Positions 1 through 8,817 of a stretch of DNA of 18,776 bases are shown piece by piece. Made by a program: the position numbers and the translations under genes. The notes below the pieces were generated by a model. That model saw only the letters and a program-made list of their open reading frames with translations. It did not search any database and was not told the DNA's origin. Within the stretch, counting starts at the first letter, position 1. Every line of letters begins with the position of its first letter. Source of the DNA: Promethearchaeota archaeon Loki_b31 (lineage in GTDB: Archaea; Asgardarchaeota; Lokiarchaeia; Sigyniarchaeales; SOKP01); assembly GCA_005222975.1 (NCBI GenBank), contig NJBI01000060.1, positions 1 through 18,776 of the forward strand, written 5' to 3'.

Positions 1-201
1 AGGCGTCTACTGCCAAATTAAGAATCCATCCCCCCCTACTTTTTTCTTCAAAGTCTTTAAATTCATTAATGTCGTTAGTTATATTAAGAAAAACTTTTTT
101 TTTGATACTTAACTTGTAAACTTAAGAATTGAAATTAATTTTTTAATGAATATAACGAATTAATGAATAGTCTAATTTGAAGACTAAAATTGATATTGAA
201 T

Positions 202-903
202 ATGACCAAAAATGATACTGATCCTACCTGTCATAAATGCACATCAATAAATTATTGTGCAGTTGGAAGGGCTAGCAAGATTTTAGAAAATTGTCCCATG
301 AAAGTGCATCCCGATATTGAGAAAACAGCTAAAGAACTTTATAAGAAGGATGAGTTTGTTAAAAGATCAACGGGAGTTGCGTCTATTGTTGAAGCAAAAG
401 GGTACATTCACTGGCCTTGCTTAAAGGATACCATAGAATATGCGAAAGGAATGGGATATACAAAATTAGGTTTAGCTTTCTGTTTAGGAATGATTGAAGA
501 AACAAAAAGAATTGCAGAAATATTGGAAAAATATGGATTTGAAGTTGTATCTTTTTGTTGTAAAACTGGAGCCGTAAAAAAGGTAGATGTAGGCGTACCT
601 GAAGAATATACCATGTTTTCCAAAACGGGTTACACGATCGGGTGGATCACTTGTAATCCCGTAGCTCAAGCACTTCTATTAAATAATTCTTCCACCGAAA
701 TGAACATTCTCGTAGGGCTATGTGTCGGACACGATATAACCTTTACGCGACTCTCGGAAGCGCCGGTAACGACTTTAATCGCAAAGGATAGATCTTCCCC
801 GCATAATCCAGCAGCAGTTCTGTTTTCCCACTATGGAAAAGAGTTCTTTGCTTCTGAGCTTAAAAATATAAGACGCTTAGAAATGAAAAAAAAGAAAGAA
901 TAA
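202..903 (+). CDS. DUF1847-family Cys-rich putative metal-binding protein
   Basis: N-terminal CxxC-x4-C...CP, then 'KLGLAFCLG', 'SFCCKTG', 'CNPVAQALLLN', 'GLCVGHD' and 'PVTTLIAKDR...HNPAA', the motif series typical of DUF1847. The ORF track starts at TTG 190; ATG 202 (MTKND) is the more likely start. Confidence 0.85.
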   Translation: MTKNDTDPTCHKCTSINYCAVGRASKILENCPMKVHPDIEKTAKELYKKDEFVKRSTGVASIVEAKGYIHWPCLKDTIEYAKGMGYTKLGLAFCLGMIEETKRIAEILEKYGFEVVSFCCKTGAVKKVDVGVPEEYTMFSKTGYTIGWITCNPVAQALLLNNSSTEMNILVGLCVGHDITFTRLSEAPVTTLIAKDRSSPHNPAAVLFSHYGKEFFASELKNIRRLEMKKKKE

Positions 904-941
904 TGAATAATAACAATTTTTTATTTTTTAACGAAATTTTA

Positions 942-1472
942 TTAAAACCAATCTATAAATTCGTCTATCGCTCTTCTTTCCCTTCCGTCTTTGCTTTTTT
1001 CTAAAGCGTCGTCAATTAGTCCCGCAGTAATTACACCCATTAATTCGTATTTCTCAGTCGATAGTTTGAAAATTTCATTAATTTTTTCCTTATTTTTTAA
1101 GATTTCGCCGATCCAAACCGCTCCTAATCCCTTAGCGTGGACACATAAAAGCATATTTTGAATAAAAGCTCCCATCGCTAAAACATCCTTTACTCGATCG
1201 TAACCTCTTTCTATATCTAAGAAGACAACGAAATTAAGATAAGCACTTTCAATAATTCCCCCGTACTTCGATTGTTCTGCAATCATACGCTTAACAGTGG
1301 GATGTGAGACAATACAAACCTTCCAAGGCTGGCTATTTTGACCAGAAGGCGCCCATCGACCGCAGTCTAATATCTCTCTTATCGTGTCGTTATCAATTTT
1401 CTTATAAATAAAATTTCTGACGGATTTTCGCGACTTAATCAGATCCAACAAATTGTTTGTTTTTGATTCCAT
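942..1472 (-). CDS. Nitroreductase family (FMN-dependent) oxidoreductase
   Basis: 'IKSRKSVRNF', 'GRWAPSGQNSQPW' and 'IQNMLLCVHAKGLGAVWIG' are nitroreductase signature motifs. Confidence 0.92.
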   Translation of the reverse strand: MESKTNNLLDLIKSRKSVRNFIYKKIDNDTIREILDCGRWAPSGQNSQPWKVCIVSHPTVKRMIAEQSKYGGIIESAYLNFVVFLDIERGYDRVKDVLAMGAFIQNMLLCVHAKGLGAVWIGEILKNKEKINEIFKLSTEKYELMGVITAGLIDDALEKSKDGRERRAIDEFIDWF

Positions 1473-1495
1473 ATTTTAAGAATTTGTTATAAAGA

Positions 1496-1510
1496 AATTT
1501 ATACTTTTGC
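1496..1510 (-). promoter_or_regulatory. Candidate BRE-TATA promoter for the nitroreductase (probably a leaderless transcript)
   Basis: The minus strand reads GCAAAAG-TATAAATT, ending about 25 nt upstream of ATG 1472, the spacing expected for an archaeal leaderless mRNA. The AT-rich background weakens the call. Confidence 0.4.
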
Positions 1511-1627
1511 TTAAATGTTGTGTGGAACAACCAAATTAAAAAAGGAACTTATGTTTTTAAAAATTGATTTTGCTACGTAAATTCAAATAATAAGAAAATA
1601 AAAAATAAAATTGAGTAAGAATTAAAA

Positions 1628-2158
1628 TTATTCTTTTTTTATTTCAATATCCTTGGCATCGTCTTCTAAAACATCGTAATATTCAATGTCCATTAAACCA
1701 CCAGTAGGGTTTTCAATCCAATGAACCTTAACTGGCATTCCAACATAAGCATCTTTAAAATCAACTTCAGGATTTAATTGACCTATAATTGCTGTATCTG
1801 CCCCATCTTGATGGACTAGAACCGTCGGTTTTTCTTGAACTTCTCCTGTTTCTGGGTCTTTAAGATAGACTATAGCAAAAGTAGCAACTCTACCAGTTTC
1901 CCGTAAATCAGTCCATCCATCAGGTTTAACAAAACATTTACCACATACTAGTCTAGGAGGAAAAAAGACCCTATTACATCCCGAACATTCATTTCCTATT
2001 AATTTTTTCTCTTTTAATTTGTTTAAAAAAGGTTTCGTATGAGAAATATTATATTTATACTTATAACTAGCTAAATACCAATTAGCTGGCATTGTTCGTG
2101 TTCTCACATAATCCTTTTTAACATAATCCAGAGATTTTCTTTGTGTTAATTTTGACAT
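1628..2158 (-). CDS. DUF35 Zn-ribbon/OB-fold acyl-CoA-binding protein (thiolase/aldolase partner)
   Basis: 'GNECSGCNRVFFPPRLVCGKC' Zn ribbon followed by an OB-fold ending 'VGMPVKVHW'. SD-like GGAGGTGA lies just upstream. Last gene of the thiolase-like operon. Confidence 0.92.
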   Translation of the reverse strand: MSKLTQRKSLDYVKKDYVRTRTMPANWYLASYKYKYNISHTKPFLNKLKEKKLIGNECSGCNRVFFPPRLVCGKCFVKPDGWTDLRETGRVATFAIVYLKDPETGEVQEKPTVLVHQDGADTAIIGQLNPEVDFKDAYVGMPVKVHWIENPTGGLMDIEYYDVLEDDAKDIEIKKE

Positions 2159-2163
2159 TTAAT

Positions 2164-3411
2164 TCACCTCCATTTTCTTTGTGGTTCGTCTGACATTACC
2201 ATCATTGTACATAAATTAAGTGAACCACCCCAACCATGTCCTATAGAAGTATGTACCGTTTTTGGAACTTGATTACTCGCTTTTCCCATAATCTGGAGAG
2301 CTGCTTCAGCTGGTCTTTCCATAGCAGAAGCTCCAATGGCATTTGTAGCATTGACACCACCAGAACAGTTAATTGGTAACTCACCATTTAGAGCAGTTAT
2401 TCCACTTTCATACATTCTAGGTGCAGTTGTTTCTTCAAATAAACCTAACTTTTCAACCCACATAAGTTCTTGATTTGGAAAAGGAGAATAAACTTCGGCG
2501 TAATCTATTTCTTTTCTTGGAAATGAAATTCCTGCTTGACTATAAGCTAAATCAGAAGATTTCATAGCACCTAATTGATCTGAGGGATCTATCTGCCCCG
2601 TACCACTTCCATCATAGCCAAGAACAGCAGTTTCATTAGCCACACTAGCAACACCATTAACATAAACAGGAATGTCGCACATATCTTTAGCTTTTTCTTC
2701 AGTCGTAAAAAGCATGGCACAGGCTCCATCCGAAGCAGGGCAAACCATACCATATCTTAATGGGAAAGAGATATAAGGAGTATCTATTACTTCTTCAATT
2801 GTCAAATTTGGCATCTTTAAATGAGTCCACCAAGTTTTTGCGGCATTACGTCTATTTTGTACGACAACCCTTGCTAAATCTTCTTCTGTAATATGAGTTT
2901 TACGCATATAATTAGTAGCTTGATACGCGGCTACACCAATAGCAGCTCCTGCGGATAAGAGACGCGATAATTGGTCATAAGGTATACCCATTGTATTTAA
3001 AATAGAGATTTCGCCATAAGCTACACTGGCAAGACCAACACTCGTATCACCTATAGATTGATGTTCAAATGCCACTGCTAAAACAGTATCAACATTAGGT
3101 ACCCCTGCTGTAACAGTGTAATAACCCGCAATTGCTACAGTTCCTCCCGTTGTACCACCAGTAGTTACTCTCAGTAAAGGTTTATTCCTCGCACCCATCC
3201 AATCCGTCATCCACAATTCAGGTATATTTGCCCCTTCAAAGGCAGGCATATTACCATTTACAAATGCATCAATATCTTCAATCCCAATACTAGGTGCATT
3301 CTTTAGGCAATCTTCAACTGCTTCACTTACCAATTCAGCCATGCTTACATCAGAACGTTTGGAAGCATGTTCACTAAACCCTGCTGATGCAATTGCAACT
3401 TGTCTTCCCAT
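2164..3411 (-). CDS. SCP-x-type thiolase-superfamily protein lacking the nucleophilic Cys, Ltp3-like (probable aldolase subunit)
   Basis: Thiolase-like motifs 'CPASDGACA', 'AEVYSPF' and 'PINCSGG...NAIGASA'. The usual CxSG position reads 'RVTTGGTTGG' (no Cys), and the C-terminal H-P-x-G reads 'NAIG'. SD-like GGAGGT lies upstream. Confidence 0.85.
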   Translation of the reverse strand: MGRQVAIASAGFSEHASKRSDVSMAELVSEAVEDCLKNAPSIGIEDIDAFVNGNMPAFEGANIPELWMTDWMGARNKPLLRVTTGGTTGGTVAIAGYYTVTAGVPNVDTVLAVAFEHQSIGDTSVGLASVAYGEISILNTMGIPYDQLSRLLSAGAAIGVAAYQATNYMRKTHITEEDLARVVVQNRRNAAKTWWTHLKMPNLTIEEVIDTPYISFPLRYGMVCPASDGACAMLFTTEEKAKDMCDIPVYVNGVASVANETAVLGYDGSGTGQIDPSDQLGAMKSSDLAYSQAGISFPRKEIDYAEVYSPFPNQELMWVEKLGLFEETTAPRMYESGITALNGELPINCSGGVNATNAIGASAMERPAEAALQIMGKASNQVPKTVHTSIGHGWGGSLNLCTMMVMSDEPQRKWR

Positions 3412-3413
3412 TT

Positions 3414-4556
3414 TTAATTACCTCCCTCCAATACAAATAAAATATTATTTTGGGCGCACATACCAATTTGCCCTGAAGCAATTGCTTTTTTAGCGTTTTT
3501 AACTTGATATCCATTTGCTTCTCCTCTCAACTGTTTAGCAGCTTCAATTATGCGTATTAAACCTGTTGCGCAAGGCGGATTACCACCAATAGCACCACCA
3601 GAAGGATTAATTGAAATTTCTCCATTAATCTCAGAATTAACACTTGCACCCTCGCCTTTCTTAGCTAACCCTAAAGCTTCGGTAAATATTAATTCCTCAT
3701 GAGCATAGGCTTCAAATAATTCTGCTACATCAATTTCGCTTCTTGGATCCTTAATACCAGCGCTCTCAAATGCCGTCTTACCAGCCAATTCCATTGAATT
3801 ACATTCAAATAAATTACGGTCTCCAAGATAATATGGTTCTTGAGAATATCCCACACCAGTAATCCAAACTGGATTATCAGTAATTTTTAAAGCTTGTTTT
3901 TCAGGTGCTAATAACAATGCAGCTACACCATCGCACGGTTGAGCCACCATTAATTCGGTAACAGGATCTGCATAAATATCTGATTCTAAAACATCTTTAA
4001 CAGTTATGTTCGTATTTTGAGCTTCTGCTAATGCTAAGGGGTTTTTTGCAGCATTCTTTCTATTTTTTACAGCAACTTTAGCAATATCCTCAGCACTGAC
4101 CCCAAATTTTTCCATATATGCTCTCATCTGAAAACCAGCTGAAGTTATATCATTTACATAAGCAAGTGGTCTTTCCCATGTTGGATCAGTTTCAAATAAC
4201 CGAGCTGAATGATATGGAAAGCAAGAAGCCATACTTCCTCCCCACACCACAGCTAATTTATGATTACCTGATAATATTCGCATTAAACCATATAAAACAC
4301 CATGGGCTCCATCCATCTCCACTTTACTCTCATCCGCCATATAACCACCACCAACTTCAACAGTAAAGCAATTTGAAATAGTACGACCATCGTAATAGTC
4401 ATTTGTGCATGATATAACGGTAGAAATATCTTTTTTTTTCAAACCTGCCATATCGATTGCACCTCTTACTGCTTCAAAAATCATCTCATAACGTCCATAA
4501 TTCGCATCTGAATATAATTTTACTTGGTTATAACCAACAATTCCTACTTTTTCCAC
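3414..4556 (-). CDS. SCP-x-type thiolase-superfamily protein, Ltp4-like subunit
   Basis: 'ESKVEMDGAHG' (Ltp4-type VEMDGA in place of the catalytic Cys loop), 'PCDGVAA', 'DVAELFE' and 'INPSGGAIGGNP..ATGLIRI'. GTG start preceded by AGGTGA. Confidence 0.85.
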   Translation of the reverse strand: MEKVGIVGYNQVKLYSDANYGRYEMIFEAVRGAIDMAGLKKKDISTVISCTNDYYDGRTISNCFTVEVGGGYMADESKVEMDGAHGVLYGLMRILSGNHKLAVVWGGSMASCFPYHSARLFETDPTWERPLAYVNDITSAGFQMRAYMEKFGVSAEDIAKVAVKNRKNAAKNPLALAEAQNTNITVKDVLESDIYADPVTELMVAQPCDGVAALLLAPEKQALKITDNPVWITGVGYSQEPYYLGDRNLFECNSMELAGKTAFESAGIKDPRSEIDVAELFEAYAHEELIFTEALGLAKKGEGASVNSEINGEISINPSGGAIGGNPPCATGLIRIIEAAKQLRGEANGYQVKNAKKAIASGQIGMCAQNNILFVLEGGN

Positions 4557-4571
4557 TTATCATCTCACCTT

Positions 4572-5033
4572 TCAAATTTTAACAAAACCCTTAATATCTG
4601 AAGGGTCTCCTTTCGGTTTTTCGCTCCATTCTATTTTAACCTTCATTCCTGTTTTAACTTCCTCTGGTTTTATATTTAACAATCGATAAATTATAGCTGT
4701 ATTGCTCCCATCAATTTGTACCATGCCAAGAACTTGAGGTTTAGCCTTTCTTGAACTTCTATCATTAACTCTATATGGCGTGATGGTATAATTCTTTAAG
4801 ATACCCGTATCAGGCAAATCAACCCAATTCTCTTCTAGTGGAATTACTATATTACATTTTCCACATATCTTTCTGGGAGGAACAAAAACATCACTGCATT
4901 TTTGGCATTTATTGCCAACTATTTTCTTTTTTTCAAAATTATCGTAAAATTTATCCATGTATCGACCGACCCAGAAGTCAAAATCTGCCCGAACCATACC
5001 CTTATTTGCAACAATTACTTTATTTTCACTCAT
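4572..5033 (-). CDS. DUF35 Zn-ribbon/OB-fold protein
   Basis: 'GNKCQKCSDVFVPPRKICGKC' plus OB-fold 'VKTGMKVKIEW'. First gene of the four-gene operon. Confidence 0.92.
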   Translation of the reverse strand: MSENKVIVANKGMVRADFDFWVGRYMDKFYDNFEKKKIVGNKCQKCSDVFVPPRKICGKCNIVIPLEENWVDLPDTGILKNYTITPYRVNDRSSRKAKPQVLGMVQIDGSNTAIIYRLLNIKPEEVKTGMKVKIEWSEKPKGDPSDIKGFVKI

Positions 5034-5230
5034 TTTGATTTTGATTTTTTTTTTAATTATTATAACGAATAATATGATGAAATGTATTAAAAACTTTTAT
5101 TACTACTAGACAAAAAAATCTGAATTTTTAAAAAAATAATGATCCAAATAATGTAATATCCAAATATCATAATGTTTAAAGTGAGCTTATTCATATTTTA
5201 CTTCCAGCATAAAAAAGATTTAAAAAAAAA

Positions 5231-5590
5231 TTGGTCGTGGTTAAAAAATTGGGTAGATCATGGAAAAGATTAGAAAATGAACTTTTAGGTTCCCCAGAAG
5301 AAACCATGGGGTTTTCCCGAGAATTCTCTTCGTTTAAACAAAGCTTTATCATTAAAAAGTACGATTTCTCTTCTCTTGAGCAAGTCGAAGAAATTAAAAA
5401 GGAACTTCTCGGCAAAAGAATTCTAATATTAAATGCAAAAGATATTCTTCAAAATATTGACGTCACTCAACTAAAAAGAGGGATTGAAGATTTAAAATCG
5501 TTTTTAAGGGAAAATGGTGGCTCTATGGCCCGTCTTGGAGACCAATACTTGATCCTGACTCCGAACTCTTATGTAAAAATTTCTAATTAA
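5231..5590 (+). CDS. sepF: Archaeal-type SepF (DUF552) cell-division protein
   Basis: The C-terminal core 'SLEQVEEIKKELLGKRILILN...LKRGIEDLKSFLRENGGSMARLGDQYLILTP' matches the SepF pattern (GG-x-x-A-R-h-G-x-x-Y-h-h-h-T-P). The N-terminus is basic and amphipathic ('KKLGRSWKRLENELLG'). The start (TTG 5231 or GTG 5237) is uncertain. Confidence 0.8.
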   Translation: MVVVKKLGRSWKRLENELLGSPEETMGFSREFSSFKQSFIIKKYDFSSLEQVEEIKKELLGKRILILNAKDILQNIDVTQLKRGIEDLKSFLRENGGSMARLGDQYLILTPNSYVKISN

Positions 5591-5606
5591 TTTAGGAACC
5601 TTATTT

Positions 5607-6647
5607 TTAAAAATTAAGGTTAGTATTGATTAGACGGACGACTATATCTTTTAAAATAGGTGTGAGATCATTTTTCAAAGCTAGTCCATCTAATTTTAAA
5701 TCGTAATTTATTTTATTAAATTCCATTAAAGCGTTAGAAATTGCTGATTCTATATGATCTTTTTGTATCTGGTTTTTTTTATTATCAGTTAGTCCACAAA
5801 TTATATCTTCTGCAAAACATTTAGTCATATTATCTTTAAATTCTGCGAATTTATAAAATGAGCCGAATCGAAGATAAGATGATAAGAACTGACTAACTGC
5901 TTTTTCAATTTCACTAGGGACAATCTGTTTGTTACTAATACAATAAGTTTTTATCATTCTTTCTAAAAGAGAGCCGTTAAATTCGTAAATTATTTCTTTT
6001 TTAGATTTAACATTTTCATTTAATTGCTTATTTTTCATTGCATCTTCTTCTTTTCTTGAAAATAAGACATCCTCATAATCTTTTACAATTAGATTTGATA
6101 GAGCAGAACGTAGTATTATAATATTTACATTAATTTTATTACTTCCTTGGAAGTGTGTAGGAACATTATGCATGTGTCTAAGTAAAATATCTTCTATATT
6201 TAGGTTTTTAGTATCATAAGGACTAAAAAATATTTCATATAATGCGCTAAAGTTATATTCTTGAATATTTTTTTTCATTAATGTTCTCAAATATTTATTA
6301 ATATCGAGGAAAAATCGAAAAATGCAATCGTCAATAGCAAGCGCTAAGTTGTTTTGTGGATATTGCGCTCTGATAAGATATTTCTTGTATTCTAATCGGA
6401 TTTTTTGAGCCCTTATCCATTCTATAGCGAAATCTAACAAACTTTTCCCGATTATAATTTTATCTTTAAAATACAAAAGAATACCATAAAGTTCTTCATA
6501 AGAAGACCCAATAGATTGATTGAAAAGAAATTTTGCTATCATGCTTAATTGGTCTTGATCTTTAAACTGTCTATTAATCCTGTTGTAATAAGAAATCAGT
6601 CTTTCTTTGTCAATTTTATATTTATTTTCAAACTCTATACACTCCAT
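5607..6647 (-). CDS. Hypothetical protein, mostly helical (346 aa)
   Basis: Long ORF with ATG start, tightly spaced with its neighbours; no recognisable motif. Confidence 0.75.
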   Translation of the reverse strand: MECIEFENKYKIDKERLISYYNRINRQFKDQDQLSMIAKFLFNQSIGSSYEELYGILLYFKDKIIIGKSLLDFAIEWIRAQKIRLEYKKYLIRAQYPQNNLALAIDDCIFRFFLDINKYLRTLMKKNIQEYNFSALYEIFFSPYDTKNLNIEDILLRHMHNVPTHFQGSNKINVNIIILRSALSNLIVKDYEDVLFSRKEEDAMKNKQLNENVKSKKEIIYEFNGSLLERMIKTYCISNKQIVPSEIEKAVSQFLSSYLRFGSFYKFAEFKDNMTKCFAEDIICGLTDNKKNQIQKDHIESAISNALMEFNKINYDLKLDGLALKNDLTPILKDIVVRLINTNLNF

Positions 6648-6679
6648 TTTTTTATTCTTCTCATTATTCCATGATTAAT

Positions 6680-7051
6680 TTAATTATCAAGGTTTGCTTC
6701 CAAATCGTTGAGACTCTCATTAGAAAGAGTATCCCATTTTTTAAACCCAAAATTAGGGTTTATTTTAAACATAATATCAGAAACATCTTTATTTCCATCC
6801 ACCATTAATCGTAAATTTTTTTTATAGAAAGATATTTTATTCAAATCGTTAAATCCTTCAGTATCTTCAATCAAAATAACGCCATAGCTCTTTTTTATAT
6901 CTTTGTCAACAACATATTCTTCTAAATAAATCACTTTTTTCTCATGAGAATGTAATTTAATTAATCTAATATTTGGATATATGGTGGTGACATTGAATAA
7001 CTTTAAAGTCTCATCTATTAACTTTTCATAGTAGTCAGGTAAAATCGCCAT
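6680..7051 (-). CDS. Hypothetical protein (123 aa)
   Basis: ATG-started ORF, 23 nt and 32 nt from its co-oriented neighbours; no confident family. Confidence 0.7.
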   Translation of the reverse strand: MAILPDYYEKLIDETLKLFNVTTIYPNIRLIKLHSHEKKVIYLEEYVVDKDIKKSYGVILIEDTEGFNDLNKISFYKKNLRLMVDGNKDVSDIMFKINPNFGFKKWDTLSNESLNDLEANLDN

Positions 7052-7074
7052 AACATAATAAGAAGGGATAAATT

Positions 7075-7712
7075 CTAAACATTTTTTCTTAACAAGTTAT
7101 CCTTATCAAAAGTAAACAAATTTGATGCTTTATAGTATTTAGATACTATCCTTTCAATTAATCCCACACAATAATAATTATGTTGTTCTTCCCAATGCAC
7201 TTTTCTTGATGATCCAAGAGAATATGCGATTAAATTTAAACCTCGGGTTAATTCTTTCTGTATAAATTTAGAATACTTAAATTTGCTTCCTAAAAAATTC
7301 TCCTCTACAATCGTCCCCTGAATTATATCAGGGAGGATATATTCACATAATTCGTCATCAATCTCTTTAATATCTTCTGTATAAGGAGATGCTATTAACG
7401 CTGAGAGATTGGCTATCCCGTCTTCACTCTCATTCGATGCATTTATATTAAAAAAGGATTGAAACCTTTTCTCGTTATATGAGCCTTGATTCTGTAAAAT
7501 TAAAGCCGATTCAATAAAATCAATATTCCAAGGATTTCCTTTATTACACATTTCAGTTAAAAATACAGGACTGGACCTAAATATTTAAAAGAGAGCATTT
7601 TCAAATTATTCTCTCTTTCTTCAGTTAGATCCTCAGAAATTTTGATTTTATCATAAACCATTTCATCTTCATTTGCGAAAAACAATCCTAAAATTGCATT
7701 AATATTATTCAT
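7075..7712 (-). pseudogene. Hypothetical protein, probably one ~212-aa gene split by a 1-nt frameshift (7557-7712 plus 7075-7551)
   Basis: ATG 7712 opens a 51-aa ORF (MNNINAILGLFF...KYLGPVLYF, stop at 7557-7559). The frame of the 158-aa ORF is open upstream of its ATG as 'IFRSSPVFLTE-MCNK', overlapping that tail. The span is 638 nt, one short of 639. Confidence 0.55.
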
Positions 7713-7888
7713 TTATAAGAGATAAATAGATCTTGGTTAATTTTTATTCAAATATTAATTACTAATTCATCACTTTATATCTTGATTTTAAATAACTTGA
7801 TTGTACTATAATCAGTAACAAATAATATTTGATAATGGCTTATTATAGAATCTAAAGTAGAAATAAAAATTCTTTCTTGGAATCCATT

Positions 7889-8701
7889 TCACTCAAAAAT
7901 CTTTATTTTCTTTTTTGAACGAGGAGGAACGCGATAATACTTGTTATCTGCATATCCAATTATAAATGCAGTTACCAGACTACCTCGTATCTTGGCCAAT
8001 TTTTTTAGCGCAGGATTCTTGTGAAATGCTAAGTGGGTCCAGCCATTCCAACAAGTACCTAATCCGAGCGATTGAGCAGCTAACCTCCCGTAGGTGATAA
8101 TATTTCCAATATTAAACCCTCCCATCATCAAGTTGAATGGTGAGGACACGATTATCACATGAGGGGCGTCAAAATAAACAGGACTATGCATCTCTTTTGA
8201 GAGGATTTCTAGTTGCTTGCTGAATTGCTCCTTTAACGAGGGATCCTTGCTAAACTCTTCTACAATCGCATCAGACATCTTTTTAATCAATTCTGAATCG
8301 GATATTATAACGAAGTTTTCAGGTCTCATGTTAGCTCCTGTGGGAGCGTATTCCATCGCCTTAATAACTTTATTCAAAATTTCTATAGGAACCTTATTTT
8401 TCTTATATCTACGAATTGAACGATTTCCTGCGAGAAACTTGAACATGTTTTCATAAGGTACAAGGGAAGAAAGCTCGCCAATTTCGCCGAAAGTGAAACT
8501 TTCTCCCATGTTTTCGTAAATTATAGCATCTTCAGGGCATTGTGCAATGCATTGCCCACATAATATGCATTTTTTCTCGGGATCAAATATGACCTTATTA
8601 TCTGCTTTATTGCTTTTGGAATATACTTCTAAGGATGGACAAGCACTTATACAAATCTCACAACTAATACATTTCTCGTAATCAATCCCAATTATTGGCA
8701 T
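7889..8701 (-). CDS. Nitroreductase with N-terminal 2x[4Fe-4S] ferredoxin domain
   Basis: 'CISCEICISACP' and 'CILCGQCIAQCP' motifs, then 'RSIRRY', 'APTGANMRP' and 'AAQSLGLGTCWNG'. Confidence 0.93.
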   Translation of the reverse strand: MPIIGIDYEKCISCEICISACPSLEVYSKSNKADNKVIFDPEKKCILCGQCIAQCPEDAIIYENMGESFTFGEIGELSSLVPYENMFKFLAGNRSIRRYKKNKVPIEILNKVIKAMEYAPTGANMRPENFVIISDSELIKKMSDAIVEEFSKDPSLKEQFSKQLEILSKEMHSPVYFDAPHVIIVSSPFNLMMGGFNIGNIITYGRLAAQSLGLGTCWNGWTHLAFHKNPALKKLAKIRGSLVTAFIIGYADNKYYRVPPRSKKKIKIFE

Positions 8702-8736
8702 TTCAACACACTCGAAATTTTATTAACTATTTTAAA

Positions 8737-8759
8737 GATTAATTCTAAATGAATTAATC
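8737..8759. promoter_or_regulatory. Perfect inverted repeat GATTAATTC-N5-GAATTAATC in a divergent promoter region
   Basis: The 9-bp arms are exact reverse complements, and outer TTTAAAG (8731-8737) / CTTTAAA (8763-8769) also pair. It lies between the divergent starts at 8701 and 8818. The repeat is directly visible; its function is inferred. Confidence 0.4.
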
Positions 8760-8817
8760 AACCTTTAAATTTTATTGTATAATATTTTATATCAATTAGA
8801 TGTTTTAGAGTGATTAA

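Noticed and set aside
1-121. Possible 5' part of a minus-strand gene running off the left edge ('...INEFKDFEEKSRGGWILNLAVDA'), with an ATG at 66 in another frame and a C7 run at 30-36
   Set aside because: The open frame has no ATG start (only a late TTG at 16) and the ATG frame stops at 7-9. Joining them needs an assumed indel, and too little sequence is available to support it.
144-169. Direct repeat TAATGAATA (144, 161; again at 901) and TATAACGAAT shared with 5061-5070
   Set aside because: These are short AT-rich words expected by chance at this base composition, with no consistent position relative to starts.
2164-4556. Annotation as ordinary acetyl-CoA acetyltransferases or as the mevalonate-pathway thiolase/HMG-CoA synthase/DUF35 complex
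   Set aside because: The nucleophilic Cys motif is absent in both proteins and no HMG-CoA synthase gene is adjacent.
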